A stretch of DNA of 64,000 bases from Lama glama (lineage: Eukaryota). The notes beneath the pieces are model-generated. The model saw only the letters and a list, made by a program, of their open reading frames with translations, was not told where the DNA came from and ran no database searches. How positions within the stretch are numbered: the first letter of the stretch is position 1; the number at the start of each line of letters is the position of its first letter. The position numbers and the translations under genes were made by a program. The stretch is from the NCBI GenBank assembly GCA_028534125.1, contig CM052816.1, positions 67,582,001-67,646,000 of the forward strand. Reading direction: 5' to 3'. Below are positions 50,270 through 63,922 of the stretch, piece by piece.

Positions 50270-52325
50270 TGAGATTTCCACTAAGATGGTCACCTTTTCC
50301 CTCTACAGATGATCATACTTGTATCTTTATAGAAAAAATAGGATTTTCATGAATGACTACCCAGAACCTCCTATTTGCACCACACATGTAAACATAACTT
50401 TTATACTCATTCTTTCTTCCTTTTCTCCCATCCCAAAAGTATCTGCCACGTCCCAGGCTAATCCCTAGATTCCATTCCTTCAGCCCTCAGCTTAGTCTTC
50501 CATGTATCTTTTTATTTCAGTATAGAATCTTACTCATACATTTCCCACATTTGGAAATTCTCTTTTGACCCTGTTTTGCCCTTAGTCATTCTCCTTTTAT
50601 AATGTTTGTACTCTCTGCTCTCCTGTTGAGTCCTTAGCTTTTCTCGCAACAGGTTGTTAAGGTCACCAATAATTCCTGATTGACAGATACAAAGACTTCA
50701 TGTCTGTCTTTATCTTGCTTGATCTCTCTTTGATATCTGACCAGTGATCATTGTAGTTTCTCCACCCTTGCTTCTTCCTTAACTTGTGTAATCCTGTGTT
50801 TTCTCCTAATTCTACTTCTATTCTCTGGTGTATCCCTCTGTCAGATTTATGGCCTTTTCTTTATTTACCCCCATTTTAATTGATGGTAATTCCCCAGGGT
50901 TCTAGCTTTTGTCTTCTCACTCTATATGCCTTTTCTGGTTGACTCATTGAAGCCCATTGCTTCAACTTTACCTTAAATCATCATCTACCATCCCACCCCC
51001 CACCCTTAAGCTTATCTTATGTTTCGGTCTCATAATGATGTTATAACTATTTAACCTTCTCAGGCCAGAAATAGGCAATTTACTTAGATTCCTGTGTCAC
51101 TTGCATTCCCTCTATCAAGTGAGTCAAGAAACATATTATTTTTTCTTAACTTCCCTTGGATAAATCCCTTCTTTAGTTCAGGCTCTCATTCTTCCACTAC
51201 TCCTAGAACGTTACTTCCAAAATCATGCCTCAAAGCTTACAGACATATCCTGTTGCCTATAGGGTAATATATCTGTAAGTTCTTCCAATAAAGCATGGAT
51301 CCCCTTCTCTTTACTCTCATCCTGAGTGAGCTTATCGACTCCTGTGGCTTTAAATACCATCTAGATGCTAATGAATGCCAGATTTGTATCTTCAGCCCAG
51401 CCTGATCCTCTGAGCTCCAGGCTCTTGGCCAACATGACTTTCCCACTTGGATGTTTCATAGTCCTCTCAAACTTAACTTGTGTCCTCTGCAGAACTCTTT
51501 AATTTTTCCCTTCATGAACCTTTCCTTCCTTTAGTTTTTTTCTGTCTCAGTAAAAGTTACCACCACCTAGGCAGTTGATCAAATAGAAATCTGGGGAGTT
51601 GTCCTCCTCTCTCTCTTTTACGTACACATCCAGGAGCCCATTTGATTCCATCTCAGAGTATGTCTAATTTATTCACGTCTCTTCATGTCTGTATTGCTAC
51701 TCTAAACCAGCATGAGGCTCCTAAGTGGTCTTCCTGCTTTTCTCTTATCTCTCCACCTTCTCAGACTTTTCTTCATGCAGTTGCCCAGCATTTAAGAAGA
51801 AAGAGTTATGTCACTCCATTTTTATAGTTCTCCAGTGGCTTCCCGTTGCCCTGGGAATAAAGCCCAAATTTGTTTCCCATGAGGCCTTTTGTGATCTTCC
51901 TCTGCTTGTTTTTCTCTTCTCCTCTTTTTTTTTTTGTTTGTTTGTTTGGTTTTTTTTTTTGATTCTACTCTCTGTGCTCTGGCCATTGGCTTAGTGGAAA
52001 ACCACCCTCAGGCCTCAAGTGAGTTGCTTCCTTTACCTGGAATGCTCTTCACAGGATTGATTCGTCACTTCGCAGACTTCCGGCCTCAGCTGAGAGTCAC
52101 TCATTGTCTTCCCCTCTGACACTATGAAAGTAGGCCCTCCATATTGTTCTGTGTCTCAGGACCCTATTTATTTCTTTTGCACTCTTCATAATTGGCAGTA
52201 ATGTGTTTGTGAATTGTCCGTTTTCTCCCCTAGTCTGTAAGTTGTAGAAAGGCAAGACCTGTGTTTCGTACCAGCACGAGGCACAGTGGCCTCTTGGCAC
52301 AGTCACTGCTCAGTGTTTCTGATGA
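50270..52325 (+). mobile_element. LINE-2 fragments in MIER3 intron 3
   Basis: Pyrimidine-rich L2 motifs (ggtcaccaat, tggctttaaataccatctagatgctaatgaatgccagatttgtatcttcagccc, ccacttggatgt, ctccagtggcttcccgttgcc, ctgtaagttgtagaaaggcaagacc). Confidence 0.78.
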
Positions 52326-54309
52326 CGAACCACATGTCCCTAGTCTACAACCCTCTTCTGTTAGAAGCCTCTTCATCTTTCAGGACTTAGCTCAATCTTT
52401 GCCCTCTGTGTGATACTTCCTTCCACATACTGTTATTCCTGGGGTGTAGGTCTTCCCTTCTCTACCCACCAATTCATAGCACCAATTCCAGAACTGATTA
52501 TTGCAGCTATCACAGTGTATTATAATTTTTGACTTACCACTTCATTCCATCAAGATTGAATTCCTTGAGAGCAAGGATTTCTTTTTTTCGTTAGTTTTAT
52601 TTCTATATCCATAGCCGGTTGTCCTCCACATAGTTCCTAGAGCCCAGTAAGTGCTCTGTTGATGGGAGAGTGGACTATCAGTGCATGATGAGTGAAAATT
52701 CCTATCTCCCCCAGTTCATGGAGGGAATCTGAAACTCTAAGATTTTGGTTGGCAAAGGCTGCAACCCTGTTTCCTCTTAGACCTAGTGTGAGCCGGAGGG
52801 GATGGACTGCATGGACTCTGCAAGGAGCAGGACTGCAGAAACTCTCAGTGTGGTTCTAGCACCTTTGAAGGGATCTTTGATTTGGGAGAAGACTAACTCC
52901 TGAGGTTTTCCCATGACATGGGTGAGCTTCTGTTCATCCTGACTATCCAACTAAATTTGTGCTAAATTTATTGTTCTCCCAAAGCAGCTTTTTACTGATT
53001 TCAGTCCCAAGTTGAAAAGATTTCATAGCATGATGGGTACCGTCATTGGAAAGGTGCTTGTCTCCTACTGCAAATTTACAAATGAGGATTTTTGTCGTAT
53101 ACCTAAGCTCATAACATGAACTATTTCATTCAGGTATAGTGAAAAATGTAAACTCTGTACTGCAAAGGCAAAGGCCAATTCTTGGGACCCCCAGAACTTG
53201 TGTCCCTTGTGGGCCCTGGTGGATAGCCAGTTGGCTGTCTGGGAGTCATCACTGGCTATCCTTAGCTCACTTTGTGATCTATTGTGGGCATGCTTTGCAT
53301 GCTCTGTCTTCACGTTTTCATGCTGTTTGCTTCATGACTTAGATTCTTAGAGGGAAAACTAAGCCATAAGCAAGCTTTAAAAGTGAATCTCTTAATAGTA
53401 GGTGGACATAAACATCTTTAAAATAGTTAAGAAATTAGTTTGTGGTTGTCTGGTCTTGAAGTTATTTTAAATGATAGTTATAAATATTTCTATGTATTTT
53501 AGTGGTTGAATTAAAATATTTAAAAAAAGGAAATATAGCACTTATTTTCAGATTAATGGAGGGAAGAAACAATGGGTGCCACTATATGGCATGGCTTAAG
53601 TGTTCATAACACAGACAGCACTCCAGCCAGAGTATGTAATTTTATGAAAGCAGCACAGCCGGTAAGTGAATTGGGTGACCTGGGATTCAAACTCAGAACT
53701 CAGTTTCCTCATCTGTAAGATGGTGGTAATGCAAACTTCATCAGACAGTTGTGGGAAAAAAAACAGCTGGTATACAATATAGATACAGTAGTAGGAATAT
53801 CAAAGGATAAGTGTTTTGAACATTAATATATAAACATTACTAGTGTTAGTAAATGTTTAGCAGATGTTTCCCATTTGGTGTCTTCTAATTAACATGGAGA
53901 ATAAACCTAGGGGCCAACTGTTAATTGCAAAGAAACAAGCTAAAAATTACATGAAGTTATTGATTGATTAATTGGAAATGTTTTCAAGGCAAATCTTTGT
54001 AGTAGTGTAAAAGCTAAAAAAAAACTGCACTAAAGCAGGTATTTGGGAGGTTTTTAAAAAGTGAAATGATGCTAGCAAATGAAAACTTCAAGAAGTTAAT
54101 TGTTAGGCTTTTGTTCATATATTAATTATAGCTCTAGGTGTTTGATCCTGTTTTATGGCCATAGTACAAAAAGCAAAACTAAAATTTGGTTTTGAATTGG
54201 TAGTGCTGTTCTGGTAATGTGCTTTATGAACATTAATGGTGTCACAGTTTATCTGTGGTTCAGAATTGTGGCATCTACTGAGTTCATGTTTGTGTTCTGG
54301 CTTGAATAG

Positions 54310-54444
54310 GAAGGAAACATGCCTTTAGAAGATTTATTGGCATTCTATGGCTATGAACCTACAATTTCAGCAGTTGCAAATTCCAGTGCAAATAGCTCCC
54401 CAAGTGAACTTGCAGATGAACTACCAGATATGACACTAGACAAA
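54310..54444 (+). CDS. MIER3: MIER3 exon 4 ([45 protein letters not shown])
   Basis: ttgaatag|GAAGGA...GACAAA|gtaagt; 135 nt, phase 0-0. Confidence 0.97.
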
Positions 54445-55665
54445 GTAAGTACAAGCATTTAGAAGAAAAAATCCAGCTCTGTTACCATTAACTGTTTTTT
54501 ATTAGTTTCTTTTACTTACACATTTCATAATTCTGAATTGTAAACTTCTTATGGACCCACTGCTCTTATCAGTTTGGTGACTGGCTTGAATATTGTTTAG
54601 CCTTGATCACACTATTTTTAAAGTAGTAATAGCTTAATATTACTTTGCATATTTGAGTATTCTTCCATAACTTTTTATTTTTCTTGTATAGATATACTGT
54701 ATTTAAACTTAGATTTTACCCTAACTTCTTTTGATCCTGTGGACCTTGAATGCATTGGTTAATAAATCTCCCAGAACTTTTCAAACCAAACTAGCTTAGG
54801 TGTGGAGTGGTTGGAGAGAAATTCTATTTTCTTGGGCTCTGGGAATGACAGTGACCATAGCAGCCAAGCCCTCAGTGATAAGTATTTAACACAGGCTGGT
54901 TGTAGAGGAGGCCTAGTCTCTGCCAAGGGAAGTTCACAGTCATGGTCTCTGCTGACGGATCCCTGGGGAGCTTTCCTCGCCTTTCGTATCTCAGGCAGGG
55001 AGAGGAGGAATCCACATTTTGGAACCTCCTCCTGTGAGTTACATTGGTCCCACTTTTCAATCAAATGTGATAATAATGTACGACAGATATTGATGACCAT
55101 AGTCATTCAGCAAAGAGTTAGCTCCTACTATGTGCCAGGCACAAGGTTGACTGTACATTTACATAAAAATCAATTCAGAACTGTTTCTTTTAAAATTATA
55201 TCACTAGTCAGTGGTTCATTAGTTGGGCTTTAAAAAATTATTGGAAGAGTGGAGTTTGGAGACTTTCTTATTTTAGTTATTTTAGTTGGCAGAAAATGAG
55301 TTTAAGTTTTAACCACTTAGAAGTAAGATTATTATTGTAAATTCACTAAAAATTAGTCTGCATCTTCAGATAAGTGCTCAGCATACCCACAAATTTGGCA
55401 ATTTTTTTGTTATATCGTAAGTACATAATAGTATAGTTGTTAAATATTGTATATAATTAAATAGTAAATGTTATTAAGTAATTATGTACATGAAGTAAAT
55501 TATAGGAGAATTTCAAGTTTACTTTTCCCAAAACTGAGGTTTCAGCTAGTTCTTAATTGTATCATAATACCATAATGTTTATGAATAATGTTATGACAAC
55601 TTTTTTCCTGGAATTGATGAGATATAATCATTTCTAACTCTAGCATTGCATTCCTATTCTTGTAG

Positions 55666-55786
55666 GAGGAAATAGCAAAAGACCTATTGTCAGGTGATGA
55701 CGAGGAAACTCAGTCTTCTGCAGATGATCTGACACCATCTGTGACTTCCCATGAAACTTCCGATTTCTTCCCTAGACCTTTACGAT
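55666..55786 (+). CDS. MIER3: MIER3 exon 5 ([40 protein letters not shown] + T)
   Basis: ttcttgtag|GAGGAA...TTACGAT|gtaaga; 121 nt. Confidence 0.97.
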
Positions 55787-56746
55787 GTAAGAAACACAAT
55801 CATTACTGTTTAATAGTAGTGTTGACATTCTGGCTTGAGTACATTTTATTGCATTCAGTAGTTATATGAGAATATTCTAAGTGTTTTACTTAACTAAAAT
55901 AAAATACTATTATAATCTGAATAAGATTATAACCTTTTTTAAAATTGGGATACATGTAAACTAATATACTGTTTAAAAATAAAAACATTTGCTTAGTTTC
56001 TCAGGCCTATTCCTTCCTAAGACTCATCTCTTGCTATGGCAACCAATCTTAGTTCAGCTGTGAGATTCTATAGACACTTTTTGGACTTCTGTTAAAAAGC
56101 TCTTACTTTTCTGGTTTTGAAAACTACTATGAGTTGCTCAAAAAATATTTTTTATTTTTAGTGATTTATTTAATACTTTCCTTTTAGTGTTTGGTGTAAT
56201 CCCTTAATGTATATTGGTAGTATTTGAAAGGTTTTTGAATTGAGATAATTTTTTATATGAACTCAAATAATAATTTATATAAAAATAAATTTTTATAAGT
56301 CTTGCATATTTCTCAAGTATTTTTATGGTGGAAGGACAGTTAAGTTAACAAGATCTAAGACACATACACATATGTGTGCAAAAAGATAATTTTGATGGAC
56401 TCAGTGTGTAGCTCTTTGTGTATGTCTCACTCTGGATTAGTGTAATCCAGTGCTTTACCTTCTTTTTTAAGGTGACCATAGTGGTTTTCCTCTTGCCTCT
56501 CCAAACTATTTGACCGTATACCAAATAATTATAAAGATACTATGCATTTTCTTAGTATTTTCAATGTCTTGTTTTGACTAGTTTCAAAATGTGAGACCAG
56601 TGCAAGAGTTTTAGTGTATTTGTGCTGATCTCATTTATTCAATAAGTTTTTATAAATTATCATAAATAAAATACTAGGCACTCTTTTAAGTACTGCAAAA
56701 ATAGGCAACAAAAACCTTTTTTTTAATTTAAATTTCTTCTTTTAAG

Positions 56747-56832
56747 CAAATACTACATGTGATGGGGATAAAGAATCAGAGGTTGAAGATGTTGAAACAG
56801 ACAGTGGTAACTCACCTGAAGATCTGAGGAAG
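56747..56832 (+). CDS. MIER3: MIER3 exon 6 ([29 protein letters not shown])
   Basis: ttcttcttttaag|CAAAT...AGGAAG|gtatgt; 86 nt. Confidence 0.96.
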
Positions 56833-57022
56833 GTATGTTAAGTTACCATCATAACTTAGTAGACCATTTGGATTAAAGTCGTTTTTAAAAACGTTTCTGA
56901 AATAATTTAAAATAACTTTGTTTTGCAAGGTAACTTTTGACTTGTAGTAACTGATTAATGGGTTGAAACTTTGTTTTTCAGCATTTATAGTAAGTTGTTT
57001 TTACTTCTAAATTTTCCTGTAG

Positions 57023-57095
57023 GAAATAATGATTGGTTTACAGTACCAGGCAGAGATTCCGCCTTATCTCGGAGAGTATGCTGGTAATGAGAAAG
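57023..57095 (+). CDS. MIER3: MIER3 exon 7, start of ELM2 (EIMIGLQYQAEIPPYLGEYAGNEK + G)
   Basis: ttttcctgtag|GAAATA...GAGAAAG|gtaaag; ELM2 signature IxIGxxYQAEIP. Confidence 0.97.
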
Positions 57096-59098
57096 GTAAA
57101 GAAGACTTTTGATTTTGATAATACTTGGTAGGCCAAGTTACATCTCAGCATGTTTATTTAAATACCTGATTATATACTCATCTTGTCAGTGTAAAGGGAG
57201 ATTTGGAGTCAGGGAACATTAGGCCTGACTTAGGAATAATGTATTAAAATTAACCAGGAGACTCAGGGAACCACCTTCTGCCTCATACAATGCTTCTTAG
57301 CCAGTATGCTCAGCAACTGTGAAATTAGTGGAGCTGCTCTTCAAGTGCAACTGTTTGGCCCATATCCTTCTCCAGTAGAAGTGGGTAGCATCTTATCATC
57401 TGAGATAATGAGAATGTTAGGGATATGATCCTCTTGGAAAGAAACTCTTGAGGAAAAAAGAAGTTAGAAGAAATTCTTCTGCCCCAGCCCTGGAAGAGAA
57501 GGTGGTGGAATGTAAGGATTCTGTTTCTTTTGTTACACACCCCCACTTAAGTGTAATCAGTTTTTCTCAAGTTTTTGATAGATTCCAACTATAGCTGATT
57601 CTGAAAAAATGGAGAGGTGAGGTGATGGGAAGTGAAAATCCAGGTACACCTTCCTTGCTGAACTTGGGAACCAAGCAGATTTGGCCAGGGGCATTTGACC
57701 TTTTCTTTAATGAGTTGATTCATCCTTTGAAGTTATGAGGTCGAAAGCAGCACAGTGACACAACTCTTCCTGAATTCTTCTTTCTTCCTTTTCTCTGTAT
57801 CAGTTCATCCCCCATTGAATGGGAGGGAGGACTGGTTACCTAGGTAACCTTGGCAGCCCCTAGCAACAATGATTTCCTAAACTGCTTTCCAAGTGATAGA
57901 AGACAGTTGTCCCAGGGAAGTAAATAGGAGCTGATCATCCTCAGATGCCCCTGTCTCTCCACCTTCCCACCCACATGCCACACACACACCCTTGGAGCCA
58001 AGTACATACTCAGCAGCTCTCGGTCCTTAGGCTAAACAAAATGGAGGTAATATCTCTCAGTTTTGTGCTTTCAGGAGGGAAAGTAAACTTTATCTTTTGA
58101 GGGAATAAACTCGAACAAAACTACTTCAGTTTTGACCGAAGAGTAAAGAAACTGGTTCCAGAAACTTACCTCAAAAGTCAGTTTTGTTGCATAACAGGCA
58201 CACTTTACTTTTAACTTTCCTGCTCATCGGGATGGTAATGCCTGCCTTATACAGTTGTGACTATAAAGCACTTACCATGGTCTCTGCTACATAGTGAATT
58301 CTCAGTAAACTTCTTTTATTAGCTGTATTTAGTGGTTACTGTACACTTGAAGAATGGATTGCATTTGAAGCAATAGGATTTTATTTCACAGTTTATTGTG
58401 TGAGGTAGAAGCTTTGAGGATGGCAGCAGTATTTGCATTAATAAAATATACAGTTTGTTTTAGTGACATTTCACTTATTAACGTATTAGCCTCTTAAGTG
58501 GAAAGTTTACTTTTCTTACTGTTTGTCATTCTTTTTCTTTTTTGATTAGTCTGCTTCCTTTTTTAAATAAAAATTTACCTTTTGGGGAAGAAATTAGTAA
58601 AGGAAAAGTATATCTTTCTTAGATATTTCATTACTGGCAGTTATTTTGATTTTTATTTATTTTTGTTTATTTTATTTGTTTTCAATTTTTAACCTCTAGA
58701 CATTTCATAGAGCAATTTAGGCAGTTAAGAGAAAATTCCAGTGAAGTTATTAAAGAATTTACACAGGTTATTTTTAACCCCTCATTACAAGAGTGTAAGA
58801 GGCCACTACCAGTTTTACATTAGACTACAAGGCATAGAAAACCTTCTCACTTGTTAGTAAATCCAACCACCAAAAAAATTACTTGCTCTAGTCGCTGGAA
58901 TACTTGGCCCTTAATAAAGTTTAAAAAAAAATTCTTTTAAACATTTGCTAGTGAAAGACTCAGCTTGCCAGACAATCAATTTATTGGTGTCCTGAAGTTA
59001 ATTACTTGTCCCAGTGTATGGGAAGAGGAAGAGCAGTCTGTATGCATCTTTGAGTGTGTTCACTATTTTTAATGTGTTAATGGGATTTTCTCTATCAG

Positions 59099-59250
59099 TG
59101 TATGAAAATGAAGACCAGTTACTTTGGCGTCCTGGTGTGGTTCTGGAGAGCAAAGTTAAGGAGTACCTTGTTGAGACCTCATTAAGAACTGGAAGTGAGA
59201 AAATAATGGATAGGATTTCTGCAGGAACACACACAAGGGACAATGAACAG
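59099..59250 (+). CDS. MIER3: MIER3 exon 8, ELM2 ([51 protein letters not shown])
   Basis: ttttctctatcag|TGTAT...GAACAG|gtatac; 152 nt. Confidence 0.97.
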
Positions 59251-59489
59251 GTATACATCAATTTCTGTTGAAACAGTAGCTAACTAATATAGTATCTTCT
59301 TTATTTTCTTATATTTGATTCAAATATTTCTTATATATGAATTGGCTATCTCTGATTTTTAAAACTTGGAAAATACTTGTATATTTGTATACCATGTATA
59401 TACGTATACATATATCTTATCTTAGATACCATTTTATATCCTTTTAATCACTTAATGTTATTTTCTTTGTCATTGAGATTTCTGTCATA

Positions 59490-60410
59490 CTTCTTTTTTT
59501 AATTGAAATATAGTTGATTTACATTGTCTTAGTTTTAGGTGTACAGCAAAGTGATTCAATTATACATATATATATATTCTTTTCCATTACAGGTTATTAC
59601 AAGATATTGAATATAGTTCTCTGTGCTATACAGTAGGTTCTTGTTGTTTATCTATTTTATATATAGTAGTGTGTATATGTTAACTCCAAACTCCTAATTT
59701 ATCCCTTCCTCCCCCTTTCCCATTTGGTAACCATAGTTTGTTTTCTATGTCTGTGAGTCTATTTCTGGTTTGTAAATAAGTTCATTTGTGTCATTTTTTT
59801 TAACGATTCCACATATAAGTGATAGCATATGATATTTGTCTTTTTCTGTCTTAATATGATCTCTAGGTCCATCCATGTTGTTGTTGCAATTAGCATTACA
59901 TTCTTTTTTAAGTCTGAGTAGTAGTCCATTGTGTATCCATACTACATCTTCTTTATCCATTCATCTTTTGATGGACACTTAGGTTGCTTCCATGTCTTGG
60001 CTATTGTGAATAATGCTGCTATGAACATTGAGGTGCATGTATCTTTTTGAGTTATAATTTTATCTGGATATATGCCCAGAAGTGGGATTGTTGGATCATA
60101 TGGTAACTTTGTTTTTAGTTTTTTAAGGAACCTTCATACTATACTCCATTGTTGGCTGCACCAATTGACATTCCCACCAACAGTGTAGAAGGGTTCTTTT
60201 TTCTCCACATCCTCTTGAGTATTTATTATTTGTAGGTTTTTTAATGATAGCTGTTCTCACTGGTGTGAGGTGATATCTCATTATAGTTTTGATTTGCATT
60301 TCTCTAATAATTAGCAATGTTGAACATCTTTTCATGTGACTATTGGCCATCTGTATGTCTTCTTTGGGGAAGTGTCTATTTAGGTCTTCTACCCATTTTT
60401 TGATTGGGTA
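59490..60410 (-). mobile_element. LINE-1 3' end in MIER3 intron 8
   Basis: ORF 60123-60350(-) [38 protein letters not shown]...LLHCWWEC is the L1 ORF2 cysteine-rich region; T tail near 59495. Confidence 0.95.
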
Positions 60411-60859
60411 ATACTACTTCATTCTTGATGACTGTATATTCCATGGTATATTTAAACGTTTTCTGTGGTTGGACTTTCAGATTTTATGATAAAGTTATTT
60501 TTTGGATTGTTGTAGAACTTTATTCAGGAAGTGATTAAAGTTAATGTCTGTTAAGATTGTGTAAGTTAGCTTTAGGAGCATTTTTTAAGTACTATATACT
60601 TGTAGGTACAGAACACTCTTCTGACGGTGTGTGGGATAAGGATGAGAGTATTGCTTTTCAGGTTTTTTAATGCCCTAGTTTTGCTCTCTGACATTATTTT
60701 ACCCCTCTCATATACCTTTCACTCTGTATCACCAGTCTGGCTAATCTTGACTAATGAATACCCAGAGATAGGTGGACTGAAACTTGAATTCCCAAGTAAC
60801 ATAGAGAGGTCACATTAACTGAACTTCAAAGAAGTTTTGTCAGTTGTCGAAAAGAAATC

Positions 60860-61030
60860 CCAACAACAAGGTCCAACAACAAGGACCTAAGGTATAGCAC
60901 AGGGAACTATATTTAGTATCTTGCACTAACCTGTAATGAAAAATAATATATAATGTATATGACTGAATCACTATGCTGTACACCAGAAACTGACATAACA
61001 TAAATCAAGTATACTTTAAAAAAAAAAGAA
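60860..61030 (+). mobile_element. Short L1 3' end
   Basis: aacaacaaggacctaaggtatagcacagggaactatatttagtatcttg...actgaatcactatgctgtacaccagaaact...tttaaaaaaaaaa. Confidence 0.85.
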
Positions 61031-61049
61031 GCATCTATATCAATTTAAA

Positions 61050-61860
61050 AAAAAGAAATTCCATTGGATTTTTATACTGACACTCCATTAAAACTATAAA
61101 TTAATTTTGGAAGAAGTAGTACCTTTAGAACATTAAATCTACTTCAAAAACATGGTCTGAGTCTCTTCATTTGACTTTTTTAAATCACTCAAATGTTTTT
61201 GTTTAAATATCACATGCATTATCCTTTAAATATGTGTGTGTGTATTTAGCACTGTTGTAAGTGGGATCTCTATTGTATCTATATTTGTGTATTGTTGATT
61301 TAGAGAAATACCAATTTTAAAATGTTTTCTCAAGCTTTTGAAACTATTTACTATAATGATTTTTCAGTTGTTTCGCTTAGGTTTTCTAGTCTTAAAGTCA
61401 TCATTATACTTTTGCTGCTTCTTTGCCATTGTTACATCTCTTATTCCCATTGTATGTCTTACTGCATTAGCCATAATCCTCAGAGATACTTGATAGTAAC
61501 AGTGATTTGAGGCCTGCTTTTGATGGAAGAGAATACATTTAAGGTTTTTACATTAAGAATAAAACCAGCCTTGGTTTGACATAGGCCACCTTTATCATAG
61601 TAAGGTAGTATCTGTCTACTTATAACTGTTGTGGTTTTTGTCTTTTTGAAAATAGAAATGAATACTGATTTATCTGAAGCTTTTTTAGCAGCTGTTCAGA
61701 TTGTCTTTAATGATCGATTATAAATGTATTGATTATTAACCTGTGGATGTATTTAATAGGTTTACTAATATTGAGCCGTCCTTCCCTTTCTTGAAACTTA
61801 CTTGGGGACATGGATTATTATTTAACTTTCAGTTGAGTTCTGTTAGTGATTATTTAGTAT
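61050..61860 (-). mobile_element. Ancient L1 ORF2 fragment
   Basis: Highly degenerate antisense L1 pattern (attaattttggaagaagt, ttttcagttgtttcgcttaggttttctag, actgcattagcca). Confidence 0.55.
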
Positions 61861-62402
61861 ATTTATAATTCCAAACAGATTTAATAGGAAGAAATTCTAA
61901 TTCTAAAAATACAGTATCTTCCATAGTAGATGGAAATAACTAAGACCATTATACTCCAGTCACTAAGGTATTGGTCCTTCTATATTCTAGGTATGCTATT
62001 GTTCTCTTTTATTAAAACTTTATAGGGCAGGGAGTAGGTGATATCAAGAGACAGGATCATAATTCTAATTTTTCCCAACTAGAAATAATCATCTAAAATA
62101 GGGGAATTCCTCTAGCTGAGAAGGCCTGAAAAAAAAGTCAAGAATGATACTGGTGGATGACTTCTGAGAGGTGGTATGAGAGTGAACAAACACTATGGAT
62201 ACCAGAGTCAGTCTACAGGATAGTTATGTAGAGTAAATGTATGGGCAAACATATTCTCAAATGTCCTGAAATTAGAGAGCATTTCAGCTGGTATTTGGTA
62301 GGACTCTCAACAATTTACCGTTTTTTTGTTGGTTTTCTTAAATGCTGTTAAGGATGAACTTTCAGTAATTTTTATTGAATAGTTTTTTTCCCTCTCCCCT
62401 AG

Positions 62403-62484
62403 GCATTATATGAACTTCTCAAGTGCAACCATAATATAAAGGAAGCAATTGAAAGGTACTGCTGCAATGGAAAGGCATCTCAAG
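62403..62484 (+). CDS. MIER3: MIER3 exon 9, end of ELM2 ([27 protein letters not shown] + G)
   Basis: ttttttccctctcccctag|GCATTA...TCTCAAG|gtaaga; 82 nt. Confidence 0.97.
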
Positions 62485-63778
62485 GTAAGAAACACTTGGG
62501 ATCAAGAGAGGGAGGTGACAGGGGATGGTCATTTGGGGATCAGAATAAGAAAAGTATCATAGAGGATGGAGCAATCCTGTAACACTTGTGTAAGATCTGT
62601 GTTCATCTTCATAGCAAATAATTTTTTCCTTTTCTTGCCCTCTAATTTTAGACATAGCGGAAATTGTTCAAATACAAATTAGTTACCCCCGGGTCACCTC
62701 CATTTTCTTTAAGAAATAGTTGGTAATGAGCAAAGCAGACCCCAGAGATGACAATATATCCAAAGTAATGAATAAGAATGATTTTATGATTTCACTGGAA
62801 AAAAATGTTGTCAGGAAATGAAAAAGAGATTAAAGATGAAAAAAAAATGTATAATATATCCCACTGAACTTATTGTAAGAAGTGTATTTTTAGTAATCAT
62901 GTAATAACATTTTTGCAGTGCTTAGGTTTTGTTTTGTGTCAGGGAAAATGGTTAACTTTAAGTATTTTTGTCATTATATAAATTGCATGCATCATAGCTT
63001 TCATTAAGTATATACAGAATGAAATAATACTTAGTAATATTATATAAATGGCTTGGAAAAATATAAAAGCTGAAAATAGTACATTTAAAACTTGTAGATT
63101 GAGATAGTATATTGAAATACTTCCTTGTAAAATCTGCTTCTTTGAAAAAAATATTTGAAGCTCTCAAACTCTGAAAACTAAATACATTTTGTATTGATTT
63201 TGGGGATCTGGTCTCCACTGTGAATGAGGTACTTCAGGTCTCCTCTGCCCCAAGTAGATTTGATTCATCAACATTAACATCTGTGGGAAGTTGAATTGGA
63301 TTTAGTCTTTTGGGAACATGGCTGTTTCTTATTCCCTTTATATTTCTATAGTATAGCACTCTGAAAATCGACTTAAAATAAATATGTGTTGATTATTTAT
63401 GGTCTCTAAAGAACTTACGGGGTTTTTAAAAATTTATTTTTTAAATTGAAGTACAATCAGTTACAATGTAAAAACTTACTGTTTTGATGTAAGTTTTTTT
63501 CCCCCTAATTAAAAAAAAATGCTCATTGTTTAAAAAAAATCTGAAAAACTGTGAGCATAAGTTATAGAAAAAAATCGTTAAATTTTTATCCCAACATGCA
63601 GAGGAACAAAACTGGTATTTATATTAGTATTCTAGATTTTTTTGATAAGATATATAATAGGCATACTTTCGGTAATCCTAACTAAAATCTATACATACAG
63701 AACTTGTGTGTGTGTGTGTATAAGTTTTTAGCCTTTTATAGGGAAAACATACTGAAAGTAAATTGATGATTCATATAA

Positions 63779-63922
<144 letters not shown>

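Noticed and set aside
54759..55233. Overlapping 115-143 aa ORFs in MIER3 intron 4
   Set aside because: No family resemblance, the longest starts at a non-ATG codon, and exons 4 and 5 already join in frame.
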